63,294 bases of DNA, filler included, from Platydemus manokwari (GCA_037951405.1; 5 parts of 5 records of this genome joined end to end with filler, not necessarily neighbours in it); one strand, 5' to 3'. Numbered from the whole stretch's first letter, positions 28,101 through 41,789 are shown. Made by a program: numbers and translations. The notes: generated by a model not told the origin, from the sequence alone.

Positions 28101-28309
28101 CATTAAGTTATGAGTGTGATTATCAATATTTTTGTCTACTAATATCATTGGCTTATGCACCAATAGCTTTTACAAAAAAATTGCTATAACATTATATCGT
28201 TATGATGTAGATTTAAGCTCTCACATAAAATTAAATTTATTATTAATTTAAAAAAATTTCAAAATAATTTTTATTTAATTATTATTAAATTATTATTAAT
28301 ATTTTCTTT

Positions 28310-30294
28310 TTAGAAAATTTAGAAACTAAAATTCAAGAATTGATTGAAAATCTTCTTGAAAATAATATCATAACACCTTGCAAGAGCCATTGGCAATCTC
28401 CTTTGTTCGTCGTTCCTAAGAAAAATGGATCGATTAGGATGTGTTTAGACTTCAGAAAATTAAACGAACATACTGAGAAGTTTTCTTTACCGGTACCTGA
28501 CATACAATCGTTATTGGACTTAGTGTATGGAGCGACAATTTTTTCCACGATAGTTTTAGGCCAAGCATATTATCAGGTTGAACTTGAAAAAGATTCTAAA
28601 ATGAAAACAGCGTTTAGCACTGGAACTGAGCAGTTCTGTTTTAACCACCTTTCGGATTATGTACCGCACCAGCAACGTTTCAGAGTCTAATGAATACTAT
28701 ATTCAAGGGCTTGATTTATAAAGGCGTTCTTATTTATCTCTTTTTATATAAGTGTATGGAAGAAAGCTAGAGGAACACAATAAGAAACTTGAAAATATAT
28801 TTACGTTTATTATATCATCAGGTTTAAAATAAATCCCGAGAAATGCACTTTTAGCACTAGAAAATCGAATTTCCTGGGTCATACAGTCAGTACAGAAGGT
28901 ATAGAAACTAATGACAATAAAGTAAAGAAGATTAAGGAAGCAATGAAACCTGGTTGAATTACTCAGTTGAAGTCGTTCTTAGGATTATGCAATTATTACA
29001 GAAAATTTATCAGGGATTACGCATTAATTACAGCTCTGTTATATGCAATGATGACTGGAGGTTACAAGAAATTGGAGTAGATTACAGAGTGTGAGGAATG
29101 TTTTGGAAACCTTAAGGAACAATTAAGCACAGTTCCGATTTTGGCCTTTCCGGGTCAAAACAAAGAGATGATTTTAGATACTGACACTAGTTTCGAAGCA
29201 ATCGGAGCCAGCTGGATGACAATGGTAAAGAAAGAGTGGTAGCCTATTGTTCTATAACTCTTAACAGTCATGAATAAGATTATTCCGTCACGAGGAAAGA
29301 GCTATCCACGAGTTTACTATGTATTTTAAACATTATCTTTTGGGAAGGAAATTTGTGCCTCGCACCGATCACAAAGCTTTGACATACATGAAGTAAACTA
29401 ACAAACCGATTAGCCCTCAGTTTCAAACATGGTTTGCAAACTTATCAAGGTTAAATTTTGAACTTCAATATCGGAAGGGATCAAATCATTGAAATGTAGA
29501 TGGACACTCAATGATAGTCGAAGCATTTTGTTCACAATGCTTAACTCAGCACCAGGGAGCTAAAGAAGGTAAACCAAAAATTCGGTTTATTGATGTTGTC
29601 TACCATTCAATTGCAAATAATGACGAACTAAGAAATATTCAACAAGAAGATAATGTTGTGGGTTCCATTCGAAAATGGTTAGGAAAAATAAAAGTAGTTA
29701 ATTCAGCGATCACGAAAAGTAAATATTTTAACAGTTTTGAGAAATATGATTTGTTTGAAGATAAGTTAGTGTATAATTAAAATAAAAAGAAGCGAATTGT
29801 TGTACCAAGGGTTTATTCGCAGAAACTTACGATATACCTTCATGAGGGGTTGTGCTCTATTGGTTATAAGAAATTGGTCGATTATATTCAAAATATTTAA
29901 GAAATATGTCACGAAGGATCGAGCATAAAGTACGGAATCGGGGTAGAGTATTTGAAGAAAGGGAAATGAAAGAATTAGCAACACGATTTGGAATAAAACC
30001 AACATCAAGCAAATGGCTTAGCCGAAAGGATGATTATCACGGTCCAAGACATGGTGGCAACAACGATGGCATCAAAAAACTAGGCTTAGGATAAATTTAT
30101 ACCGCGGATAGAATTCATCGTCAATATAACTTATAAAAGTTCAATTCAACATTCTTTTTTTGAAATATTGTTTGGACGAAGAATTAATATGCATGGGTTA
30201 CGATTAAATGAACCAAACCATCACGACCAGATCATCAAAGAAACGGAAAACCAGCTAAAATCAGTAGCCACAAACTTAAAGAAATTTGATGCTG
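28310..30294 (+). mobile_element. Decayed Ty3/Gypsy pol (RT, RNase H, integrase fragments)
   Basis: SHWQSPLFVVPKKNGSIRMCLDFRKLN, KTAF, FLGH, SFLGLCNYYRKFI, ILDTDTSFEAIGA, YSVTRKEL, YLLGRKFVPRTDHKAL and IVVP...LHEGL; many stops and frameshifts. Confidence 0.93.
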
Positions 30295-30967
30295 NNNNNN
30301 NNNNNNNNNNNNNNNNNNNNNNNNNNNNNNNNNNNNNNTTAATTAATTAANNNNNNNNNNNNNNNNNNNNNNNNNNNNNNNNNNNNNNNNNNNNCTCGTT
30401 TTACTCACCGTTAATTATATATATATATGGTTATGAATATAAAAATATTAAATAGCTTGGTAACATTCATTGTTGAATGAAGCGTCAAACCTTAATATAT
30501 TTATAATAAACTCGTCCAATGTAATTAAAAACAGACATGAGTTTAGATATTAATTAAATTGAGAAGTTGGATCTCTTAATTAAATCAAATGTCCGTCTCT
30601 TATAGTAAATGTTCCAAATTTCATTTCAGATCAGTTCCAATATTATAATCGACTCTACGATTCTAATAAATTGAATTTGTTTAATTTATAATATGATTTT
30701 GATTTCTTTTATTTGGTATATTAATACCATTATTATATTGATGTTGTGAATAATAATAAATATATATGATAAATTTATTTTGATTATTTAAAATTTCGTA
30801 AAACATTTTTAAACCAAATTTCTGTATTATTTTTTATTCTTTTATATTTATAAATTGGATATTTATACATTAACAATAAAAACATAAAACAAAAATAGAT
30901 TTCATTTTTATTTGACCTTTAATTTCATTGGTTTAGAAAAACAAAAATCTATTTATATATTTTCTAG

Positions 30968-32276
30968 GATGTTTACCGAAATTCACAAAATTAATAATAT
31001 CCCATAACAAAATCCAAACAATTTCAAATCTGGAAGAACTCATTTACTGTGACAATATATCTGTCTTAGATTTACAATATAATCAAATTGAAGATTCTGA
31101 AGTTATTGATGAAATATTTGCTAAAATGAAATCATTGGTAAATTTTTACTAATTCATTGATATTTTGGATTTAGATATTTTAGAGAGTTCTCTACCTTCA
31201 AGGAAATCCATGCATCAAAAAAATTAAAAATTATCGAAAATATACCATCAATCAGTGTGTTAGTAAAATTATTATTTAATTCCAATATTTCAGAATTTTA
31301 AAACGTATTTATATGTTGCGATTTGTGAAAATATTTCCTTTTACATTCGTTATATTATGTTAATATATTACTATTTAACGATTTAGAAATCTTTGACATA
31401 TTTGGATGAGAGACCTGTATTCGATAAAGATAGAGCTTTTGCTGAAGCATTGTATTTATATATGTTACAATAATTTATTAATGAAAATTGATTTTATAGT
31501 TATCGAGGTGGTATTGAAGAAGAGAAAAGTGAGCGTGAAAAATGGTTAGCAGCAGACAAAAAAAGAATTGATGACAGTTTTCAATGTTAGAGATTATGGT
31601 AATTCCGAAATCTTTACTTAAAATTTAGGGCTTAGACAAAGAAGAGCTCAAATTGAAGCAAAAAACAAAGAGTTAGCTTTGAAAAAAGAAAGCGAATTAT
31701 TAGGAGAATCACAAGATATCAACATTAAACCTGGTGAAGTAGATTGGCTTTATGGACCACAAGAAATTCCGGATTTATCAATAGTAATAGATTGGAGTCG
31801 ATTATTTATTTTTCATTTTCTCTAGTCTTTAGATAATGAGTTTGAAACAACAGATTCAGAAGGATTACCAACTAGCAAAATTGATGATCCATTATTTACC
31901 ATTTATAAAACCGGTAATTTTAACTTTGTTTTTGAAATCTTTTAATTTAAAAATTTAGAAACCAAAATATCCGAATCAATCGAACATGAAAATAATTGTA
32001 CACAAAATCGGATTTTAATTCAGGAATTATCAGGTTATCAAAATAGCTTTAAAATTAACTTTTACTGATTCTTTTATTAGATTTAGAAGAAACTAAATTT
32101 TTGGAATCTTCTGAAACAGTAAGCTAGATATAGTTAGTATTCGATGATATTTTACTTTCGTTCAGCAGGACAAATCTTCTTGCAACTTTTCACCAATGGA
32201 AGACTCTGCAGAAAATGTTGATTTATCTACCAACGATACTCTCCATTATAACTTGGAACTAGATAATCTCGAATAA
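30968..32276 (+). CDS. DNAAF1: Dynein axonemal assembly factor 1 (LRRC50), 3' exons; missed by the ORF track because the exons are short
   Basis: Spliced translation: CLPKFTKLIISHNKIQTISNLEELIYCDNISVLDLQYNQIED...KSL/RVLYLQGNPCIKKIKNYRK...KSLTYLDERPVFDKDRAFAEAF/YRGGIEEEKSEREKW...; stop TAA at 32274-32276. Confidence 0.88.
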
Positions 32277-32361
32277 TTTTTTTTGTATTATAGGGCTGTT
32301 TTATCAATACAATTAGAACACAATTTTAATTTTATTTAATAAAATTGTAATAATTAAACAT

Positions 32362-33515
32362 TTAATAGATATTGTCCCATCTCAATGGTGGCATCTTTCT
32401 CATAACATCTCTTTCAACACAGTTTTGTTTATTAAGTAAACTTTGTAGAGTATGAAGCGATTGAGCCATTGCAGCTAACAAGCTTGTCAAACATATTTCA
32501 TTTGAATCATTGTAAAGTTTGGTATAGAACTCTTTATTCTTTTGTAAAGGAAGAGACGAAACAATTGTGTTTAATTCACGTAAAAATCCATAATTTATTG
32601 GAATATCTTCCGATTGCACAGCGTCTATATATTTGATGAGAAATTCTATTCTACTTCGAAGCATTATTATAGCTTGTTGTTGAGGCTGTAAGTGATCATG
32701 CATCTATTGAATATAAATAAAATTTCAATAAATTAAAAATATAACTTAATATATAAATTGTATTCAACATTAAGTGGAATATACTAAATTAATCTTATTG
32801 TATAAATATATTAGTTAAAATTAAACCTGATAAAACTTACTAATGAAACATTGCTATTTTTATTATCCGTAAATTTATTTACGGATACATGCTTAATTCC
32901 AATAGCTTCGGCTTCTTCGCTATGTAATGTAAAATTCGCAGTTTTAAAAACGCATTGACCAGTACTATCAAAATAAGGTTCATATATTGTAATAGGTAAA
33001 TGGTCATTAATTTCCATATTCTCTGCGTTAAGTTTTAATAAAATTAAGCCTTGAGCATGACTTTGCAACTAAAATAAAATATAAATTTTATAGTCGAATT
33101 TCATAACTCTACCTGAGAATGAACACAATTATCTCTTTCATTCAACCTTTCATTAACGTCATACCAACCAATTAGCTCAAGTTCTGGTTGTACTTGTTTA
33201 ACTTGTTCAAATCTTTGATTCATATATTCCTCATCTATTTGATTTTCAATAAGGAATAGCTCTATTGATTTGAGTACCTAAACCACATATTTCAAAATTT
33301 TTAATGGTTAGTGTTACTTCAATATTGGAAGATCTGTATATTCCCATCAAAGCACCAAAAGTAGGAGAATTAGATTTCTCAGACTTATTTCGCATGTAAT
33401 GATCAGAAATACTTAGAATAACAATCGGGTGGATCGTAACATGATTATTGATGGTAAGATAACTATTTGCGTTCTGATTCGTATTAATTCCACTATCAAC
33501 TTCCATCATCATCAT
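32362..33515 (-). CDS. COPS6: COP9 signalosome subunit 6 (MPN domain), 4 exons: 33515-33318, 33277-33113, 33068-32841, 32703-32362
   Basis: HPIVILSISDHYMR, GALMG, IE/VLKSIEL, KQVQPELELIGWY, LPITIYE, SEEAEAIGIKHV, AIIMLRSRI and LREL..LP. Confidence 0.92.
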
Positions 33516-34318
33516 AATAAGATGTAAATTTATTGTAATAAAAAACAAATGAACTTTTTAAGATTTGTTTTATATATTTAAACACTGTTAAAAAAAATTT
33601 TATTTAAGGGTAATCATATAAGAATAGTTATAAAATGTGACTACACTTTCATAAATCGTTTTTCATTTATTTTTTTCAATTTAATAAACATAATAAAATT
33701 TTAAATTTTAACAATTACGATGTAAGAGTTCTTAAATTTATTATCTTAAATGTTAAAGTATTTTGAGATAAATTGATGTAACAAATTTGGATCTAGTTTT
33801 AATTCAATGTAAAATAATTTGTTTATTTTTAATAATTTTCTTATAGTTTAGTAATTATCACAACATTTTATTTTCTAATATCAGCATTTTTTAATTTTGT
33901 TCTTGAAACAGATATTTGTAATTGTTAGGTATGATATCAGGAGTTAACATTTGTTATTTTTAAAGATTTAAACTTTGTAATGTAATGTTTTTAAATTATT
34001 GTTAAAAATTACTTGAAAAAGAAAATTAAAAACAAAGGACACATCAATGTTAAATGCTCATCCGTATTTGAAAATCTTTAATGTATAATGCATATCTCGA
34101 ATACTCTTGTATATCAAATTAGGATTCCACACAATTTTAAAGATTTAATAGTGTTGGGATTTTGTAAATGTTTATGTGATGTTATGCAACTCAACAGCTT
34201 GAGTTCTATTATAAGAAATTATAAAGTTTACTTTTTAAATAAATAACCAAAATAACACATTTTAATTAGAAAATTTATTTTATCAAACAAAATTAATTTT
34301 ACACGTAGATTAACTCAC

Positions 34319-34615
34319 AATAATTTTACTGAACAAATTTGTAAGATGATCTTGCCGAGATAAATTTCTAATATCCAACCGTTTTAAATGAACGTTGAGA
34401 TTTTCTGTAATGCTTTCCCAACTCAAATATACAGAAGTAAGGTTGTGGTAATTAAGATTATATTGAGAAGGGTATGAAAAATTCAAAATACTCACGAGAG
34501 CCATTGTCAAAGAGTCGATGCTTACAGATTCTACAAACGCACGTGGCAATAACCAATATTGATTCTCCATATATGTACAAATTATTAGCACAAACCAACA
34601 ACAGGTAATAAACAT
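34319..34615 (-). CDS. Putative first exon of a secreted or membrane protein (signal-peptide-like start, N-glycosylation sequons); downstream exon appears broken
   Basis: MFITCCWFVLIICTY...; NFS, NLT and NLS sequons; ends at a GTGAGT donor at 34318. Confidence 0.35.
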
Positions 34616-34999
34616 TGAAATTCGCCAATCGCACAAGAGATAAAAGGAAATTTGCTAACAGGCCGATGTGATCGACTCTATTGAATTAAAAATAAAGCCT
34701 GAGATAAGCCCGAAACGGAGTTGGATTTCAAAAGCATTTCTTTCAATATTTTTGGGTGACTCATACGTGATTTTCAGGTAAGCAGTTTTTGTGGTTGTCT
34801 TATATATTGCCTTTTAACTTTAGAGTGCTAATCCCGCCTTGCATTGATTATTCTTCGACCATTTAGCGTGATTTTGTTTGTGTTTAGTGATGATTCAGAT
34901 TTTGTAAGCTTTTGTAATTTAAATTATAATTTTCAGTATTTAGATTCAATCGATATCATTGCAATTGTATCAATACTTATCAACTGAAAGAATAATTTA

Positions 35000-37090
35000 G
35001 GATGCTGATTTTCCCAGTTATCTGAAAATTGTCGAGAACTATTGAAAGTCGAAAACTCTGATCCAAATGATGTATTTAATGAAATTTTTAACTGCTTTTC
35101 GAATAAAATACAAAACCAAAATGATTATTGGAATAAACCATATTTAGGAGTAAGCAAGGGATTCAATAAAAATACTAACGATTGCAATACGAAAATGAGC
35201 TTCTTAAGCAATATGAGAAAGACTATCAATGATATTGTTAAAAATGACAAAATTAATACAAGACAATCTATTGATGACGTAATTAATTGTTTTTCGCATG
35301 ACAAACCCAGCACTACTGCATGGGATTATAGTAATGGGTATTGTAAATCTGACATTGATAAATTAGAGTTAGAACCTATTCATCCGAGTTAAGTTCTCTC
35401 TATTTTAAAATTAGCTGATAATACCTCTCCTGGCTCTGACAAAATTAAAAATCTTGACCTTTCACTTTTAGAGCCTGAAGGCATTCTTCCAACACACCTT
35501 TTTAATAAAGTCATTTTAACTTGTAAATTTCCTGACAATTGTCGAAATTTTAAGACAACCCTCATTTTAAAATCTGGTAAAGATGACCAGTATAAAAATA
35601 TAAATAACTGGCGACTAAAAGCTCTTTTATCAACTTCATATAAGATTTTTTCGTCAATCTTGACGAGAAGATTAGAGCATTGGATTAAAGATAATAACTT
35701 AATCAACAAGGGTCAAAAAGGTGGTTCTAAATACGAGAGTTGTATTGAACACAACGCTATTCTAAATGCTGCTTTTGAACATTCAAAATATACTCGACAT
35801 TTGTCCATTTTTGTTGCCAGGTTTGGCACTGCAAACGTCTTTCCTAGTGTCCCACATAAATATCTATGGAGTCTGCTGCGTTTTATTGGTGTAAATGACT
35901 CTATCGTGGCTATTGTATACTGATATAAATTCATTTTATATTTGTGGACCTATCATTACACCGGACTTGCCTATTCAAAGAGGAGTTAAACAGAGCTGTC
36001 CTATATTGATAGCTGTTTGCTTTAGTAATTAATTCAGTACTTGAAACTATTGATGCTTTATCAGTTCCTAATTTCCCAATAGAAGTTAGTTCTGATAAGG
36101 TGCTAGCTTGAGCTGATGATATTGCTTTGATTGCAAACAATACTCTTAATCATCAAAAATTCATTGATAAAGATGTTGAAATAACTGAATAGGCTGGTTT
36201 ACAATACCGCTCAGAAAAATGTGCCTTTATAAGTCTATCACAAGAAAACAATAATTATGTAAAATCTATTAATAAATAAATATTAAAAGATTGTTGACTA
36301 AAGAATGTTACATGTATTTTGGTGTTCCAGTTGGTGATGAAAATGACCAATTTCCTTACGAGATTTTGAGCAAACTTATAATCGATCTTGGTAAAATTGC
36401 TAACTCTGATTTATGGGATTGGTAAAAGCTAAAATCATACATAAGTTTATTGCACTCAAGACTCGCATATGCTTTCAGAAATAGGTAAATCAAAATTTCT
36501 ACCCTGAAAGAGAGAAGTAGTAAGATACAAGCGCATATAAAGCAATTACTTCATTTGACAAATCAGGCTGAAACTTGTTATCTTTACTTGTTATCTTTAA
36601 AAAGATTTGTTGAAATGTCCTATGGATACACTGCAAGACTTTGAGGAATCAGACAAAAATAATATAATTGATTATACCGATTTTAGAAATGAGCTAGCCA
36701 AATTGAAACCAAATTTTAATCCTGGGCTTTTCACGTGCATTATAGGCTCACTATGTACAGTTCCGTTCTCAACAGAAGCAATTTTGGCAAAAATTGGCGT
36801 GCCAAAGAATAAAATCCGAAACCTGTTCAAAGAATCCGCAATTGTCAGCATTGAACATTCAGCAGAAATCTGGTATTTTTACTCGACCGGAGTTTTGATA
36901 GACTTCATTTAAACTGCACAAAAGCATACGATTCCTACCCATAGAAATGCCGAGATGAGTGAAAGAAGAAAGCAAAATTGTAACAGACTATGCTTCTACT
37001 ACGCCGATGACGTCACGAATCGAAGCTTTCAGATCCAAGCAGGTCAAAATCAATCCAACAAACCCAAACAAGTTTGTATTAAAATAAATC
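35000..37090 (+). mobile_element. Decayed non-LTR retrotransposon with RT and C-terminal restriction-like endonuclease (R2/NeSL-like group)
   Basis: SPGSDKI, NWRLKALLSTSYKIFSSILTRRL, QKG, FPSVPH, RGVKQ, A*ADDIALIA, YFGVP, then VKCPMD...IIGSLCTVP (RLE-like C-terminus) followed by a 3' UTR ending near AATAAA. Confidence 0.85.
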
Positions 37091-39349
37091 TTGCAACACA
37101 TTTACATGTATTGGAATAATATGTTTTGCTCGACAATTCCTATAAATATTGTACTTTGATATCAACTGCAACTTAGATAAATTGAAATATTTGATCACGT
37201 TTTATAATTTTTATAAAACTAATTTGCTGAAATTTTTGTTCATAAGTTTCATTTCTTAAGATCAAATGTGAGTAATTATTGTGTGCCATTGCTGATATAC
37301 TATTTTTGTGCCTCTATTCATTGTGTATCATCTTTTGTGCTATTTTTATTAATCTGAGTTTTTATTTTTAGCTACATTTATTTTGTGCAGTAACTTTTTT
37401 TACTTATCCATTTTTAGCAATGATGCAGATTTTTTTAAGATTTTTTTGACGCCTTTGAATTATTTGTTCTGTTTCAATTTTTTTTAATTAAAAAAATTAC
37501 TTAGTTTAATAATTATCAAATTCACAGTTAAATAAAAAAAATTAATCAAATGTGTTGAAAATAACACAAGCTATTATAGTGAATAATGTGCAACAAACCA
37601 TCATTAGAATATTTTTGATTCTTATTCTAGCGATTATTTATCAACTGAGTAAAAAACTTCGATACTAGAGTTTGTGAACTTCTAATTTTACAATTTACAT
37701 ATTGATATAGATTGTACTTAATTTCATTAGTTTATAGAACAAATTCTAGCTCACAGAACTGTCAAAATACGAGAAGTATATCGTACTTAATTGTACAAGA
37801 GGAGGGATACATAATGGGCAAGTAACCCTTGTCTAAACATCTACATTCGTTTTAATATTTACGATAAACCAATGTAGAAAATTTGTTTTGTTTAAGATCT
37901 CGATTCATTTACCATATAATATTTTATATCATTAATTAAACTCCAATTACTTAAAATCTTATTTCTGCTACCAGTCAGGTAGTTATCCACAGCTTCTATC
38001 AACCGTCAACAAAATCCCATTTAAATATTTGTTACTGATATTTGTCAAATTCATAACAATTAAAAATCCTAGCAAAATCAATACAACATTTTTATTGATG
38101 AATTACGTTAAAATAAGTTTTAACAAGCAAGTCGACATTGGTTGTTAGCAAAATAATCAATATTGGGAATCACTATCGGTCAGAGTTTGTTTTAGATTTT
38201 ATACATCAATATTCCAGTCTTAGTTAATGGTATAAGTCAGTATCGGAGTTTTCACAATCATAAATTGGAATTTTAATCTTGTTTCATTGCGCTTCTTCTC
38301 GAGCTTTCATTTGACGTACTTCATTGGTGAGCTGATGTTAGTTCTATCGATTGATTTCATTATTTATTGGTAATTTATGTACTAATTTCTGTGCAAATTG
38401 TGACGATTTTGCTCACCGGGAGCGATGGATGGGTTGGCTTTAACGGGTATATTTCGTGAATTATTTGTGGATTTTTTTCTCGGAAAAGAATAAATGAGAG
38501 CGACAAAGATTTAAGTAATATAATTAAAGAAAAATTAAATAGATAACGATAGTGAATATGTGAGCAAAATAATAAAAGCACCAATAAAATGAAAAAGTGA
38601 ATAATAATAAATGAATAATAACGATAAAAATAGTAATAACAGTGCTAATAATAATATAGGAATAGAATACAATAATAATAACATGAAAAATAATAAATGA
38701 ATAATAATAATATTGACAATAATAATAATAAAAGTACAAGTTATGAAAAGAGAGCAAATAGTGACGGTTTAAAACAAGAATAGAACAAAAAATATCTTAT
38801 CTAATTTTATCTGAAAAAAAAGTAAGTCAGAAAAGCAGATCATATAACAATAACAAAACAAAAATAGTAACGGCCATTATGCCGGAAAAATACATACAAT
38901 AATTTTTTGACCATGAAATAAAAATCGCACCGTTACACGAACATCACCAGTAACAAAAATTATATAAGCATACAGCAGTTTGAAAGAGACAAACGTAAAT
39001 ACACACATACCAAAGAAGGAAAGAGTAAATACGACAAATTCGAATCTGATATTCTTTGAAAGGACAATTATTATTATCGTGAGTTACATTTCGTTTATAA
39101 ATACGCACTATAATATTAAGCATAATTTAATTAATCTATAATTAATAATTATTTTCGTCGTTCCCAATTATCGATTTTCGGTATCCATTGTACGGATATC
39201 ATGCAGCAAACTACTTGCGTATTGCGTTGCACAGTTTGACAAAATCTTTTTGTTGTTTTACTGTTCACTGTTCTTTTAATTTTTCTTAAATAAATTATTC
39301 CAAATCAATTTTTATTACGAATAGCTGTTTTATTTTATCCAGTTAATAT

Positions 39350-40670
39350 CTAATTTGACTATTTGATATTTATTAGGAGAAACTGTCGAACAAGTTTATT
39401 CATTTTATATTTATCCAGAAGTCATGTAAGAAAACTAGAGAATTTTTTATTGTTAATCAGATTATTTACAGATCCATGACTATTATTAGTCTTGTAGTCG
39501 TATAAAATTTTATTCACCACTATCATTTTTATAGAGATATTTGCTTTGTCATCTAGGTGGTAAGCCCTATACTGTTTACTCGAAGAATTTTTTCTTATAC
39601 AATAGATTTATATTATGTATCTGCTGGTTGTAAAGAATCTTATTTAATTAAATCAAATATATTTTATTGACTTTTCTATTGATTTTAACTTAACTATTAC
39701 TCACATTCTAAATATTATTTTAAATATTATCCAGGGATTATTTTTCAATAACAACCTTTATCTGTTGGAGCCGAAATAAAAATTTCACTTAAAATATTTA
39801 TATCCATTAAATAAAACAAATCATGTACATAATTATACTGATGATGGAAGAAGTCTTCAAGAACATTAACAAAATTATGATGAAATTAAAAATAATTATA
39901 ATGAAACAGAAAAATTGAATGATCCTTTTGGAAACCTGATCATTCCACCAATTTCAAAAGAAGACTATCATCCAGTAAATAGAATTGATGAAAAAGTAAT
40001 GCAACATGATGTAGATTATATTTCAAAAGATATTCAGGATAGACATGTTGCAGATTTGAAAATGATACATAAAATGAATAATATTCCCAATCCAACTTTT
40101 AGAGAAAAATTAGAAAGATTTTTAATGAAAATTATTACGAGGATTATCAAAGATAAAACGACAAATTAATTGCAATCAAAAAAATCTTTGAAAACCCAGA
40201 TGAATATAAAAATGAAATTAAATATACAAAATTAGAAGACAAAAACTTATTAAGGAAAATTTATAAAAGTAAAAATATTTGGAAAGTATAATATTCGTAG
40301 TGCTTATATTGTTTTAATACCAGAAAAAGTCAATTGAAATACAGAATTTTTGATTTTCTTTGTTATTGATTTATAAACAGGATATGGTTAGTGTATTCCT
40401 TTAAACAATAAAAATTAAGAAACATTAGTTGAAGCTTTTTAAAATTGTTTCGACAGAGATGGAAGAATTCCAAAAATATATTTGGTTTGATAAAGAATCT
40501 GGAATTAGAAGTAAGCATTTTAAAAAAGTTTCGTGATGAAAATTATATTATTTTATATCATATAGAAATTGAGTGGGAGTCTAATTTTGCTGAAATATTT
40601 GTTAGAATTTTGAAAAATATCACGTGGGGACGTTTTCAAGCTGTTGGTAAAAACAGAATTCGGTAAATAA
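39350..40670 (+). mobile_element. Decayed Polinton/Maverick (adintovirus-like) segment: minor capsid C-terminus, parvovirus-type PLA2, retroviral-like integrase
   Basis: VYSF...IIY...LGGKPYTV (penton-like); HNYTDDG...PVNRIDEKVMQHDVDY..DRHVADLKM...PTFREKLER (PLA2 HDxxY motif); VIDL..YG.CIPLNNK..LVEAFK..DGRIPK...ESNFAEIFVRILKNITWGRF (integrase). Confidence 0.8.
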
Positions 40671-41789
40671 TAATTTGAATGAAAAACCGAAATTTTGAAT
40701 TTTGAATTTAGTAAGAATTTTTGAATATAAAAATAAATTTGAAAAAAGCAAAACTACAACATTTACAAAAGCAATATTTATTATTAAAGAATTTTGTAAA
40801 ACAAAACCGATAACTTAGAAAAAATATTAAATAAGTGTATTAATTAAAACAAATTTTAGGTTGATTTTAAAAATCGAAATATTATTCAACCCAGTGAGAG
40901 AAAGTAACGCAAGTCAATGCGGTGAATAAAAATATCATACTCTTTATTTACTCGGAATTTATAATTAACAGAAATTACTCAGTAAATAATAAATAATAAT
41001 TATTACATAAGGAAAATAATAATAATGATTATTTTAATTATGACAATAATAATATACGTACGCACAAACACGGTGAGTGGGAAATTTTTAACACATGAAA
41101 TAATTTTTTCGGTAATGATATATCGTAAGTAAGAATTAGTTAATTTGTTATTTAAGTGTTGAATATCAGAAATGAATTAAACTAAGTAATTGTTTATTGC
41201 CCCAAATGGATATATTTATACACCATTATGGTCCCCTGACAATAACAAATCTACTCATAATTAGACAAACAAAATAAAACGCAAGAAACATTAATTGCTT
41301 GTTTATGAACTTGAATTTATCTGTATATACTCTTACTCCGTACACATGCATTTAGAATTTTAATTGCAGTTAGTGATCTTCTTTTTGTGCATTGTTCTGT
41401 AACCTTTACAGATTGTTTATGGTAACGTCAATAGATTAGTTTAATTTTATGTTAAACCTGACTTCAATAAACTAATGTATTAAGTGTATTAGTATGATTC
41501 CGGCTTTTTTTTTAAAAAAACAAAAACATTTTTTTAAATATTTATTTAATGAAATTCAATCAAAATATTTTCCATTTGCAGATATGACATNNNNNNNNNN
41601 NNNNNNNNNNNNNNNNNNNNNNNNNNNNNNNNNNTTAATTAATTAANNNNNNNNNNNNNNNNNNNNNNNNNNNNNNNNNNNNNNNNNNNNTCTCATAACA
41701 TTTATTTTTTATTGATTCTCATAAGTTAAAAAGTTATAAAGTCTCAAATATCAAAAGTTTATTAAAAAATCTTTCTTATACTCAAGTAA

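Noticed and set aside
38375-38757. Hydrophobic ORFs on the minus strand
   Set aside because: Translations of AAT-rich low-complexity sequence.
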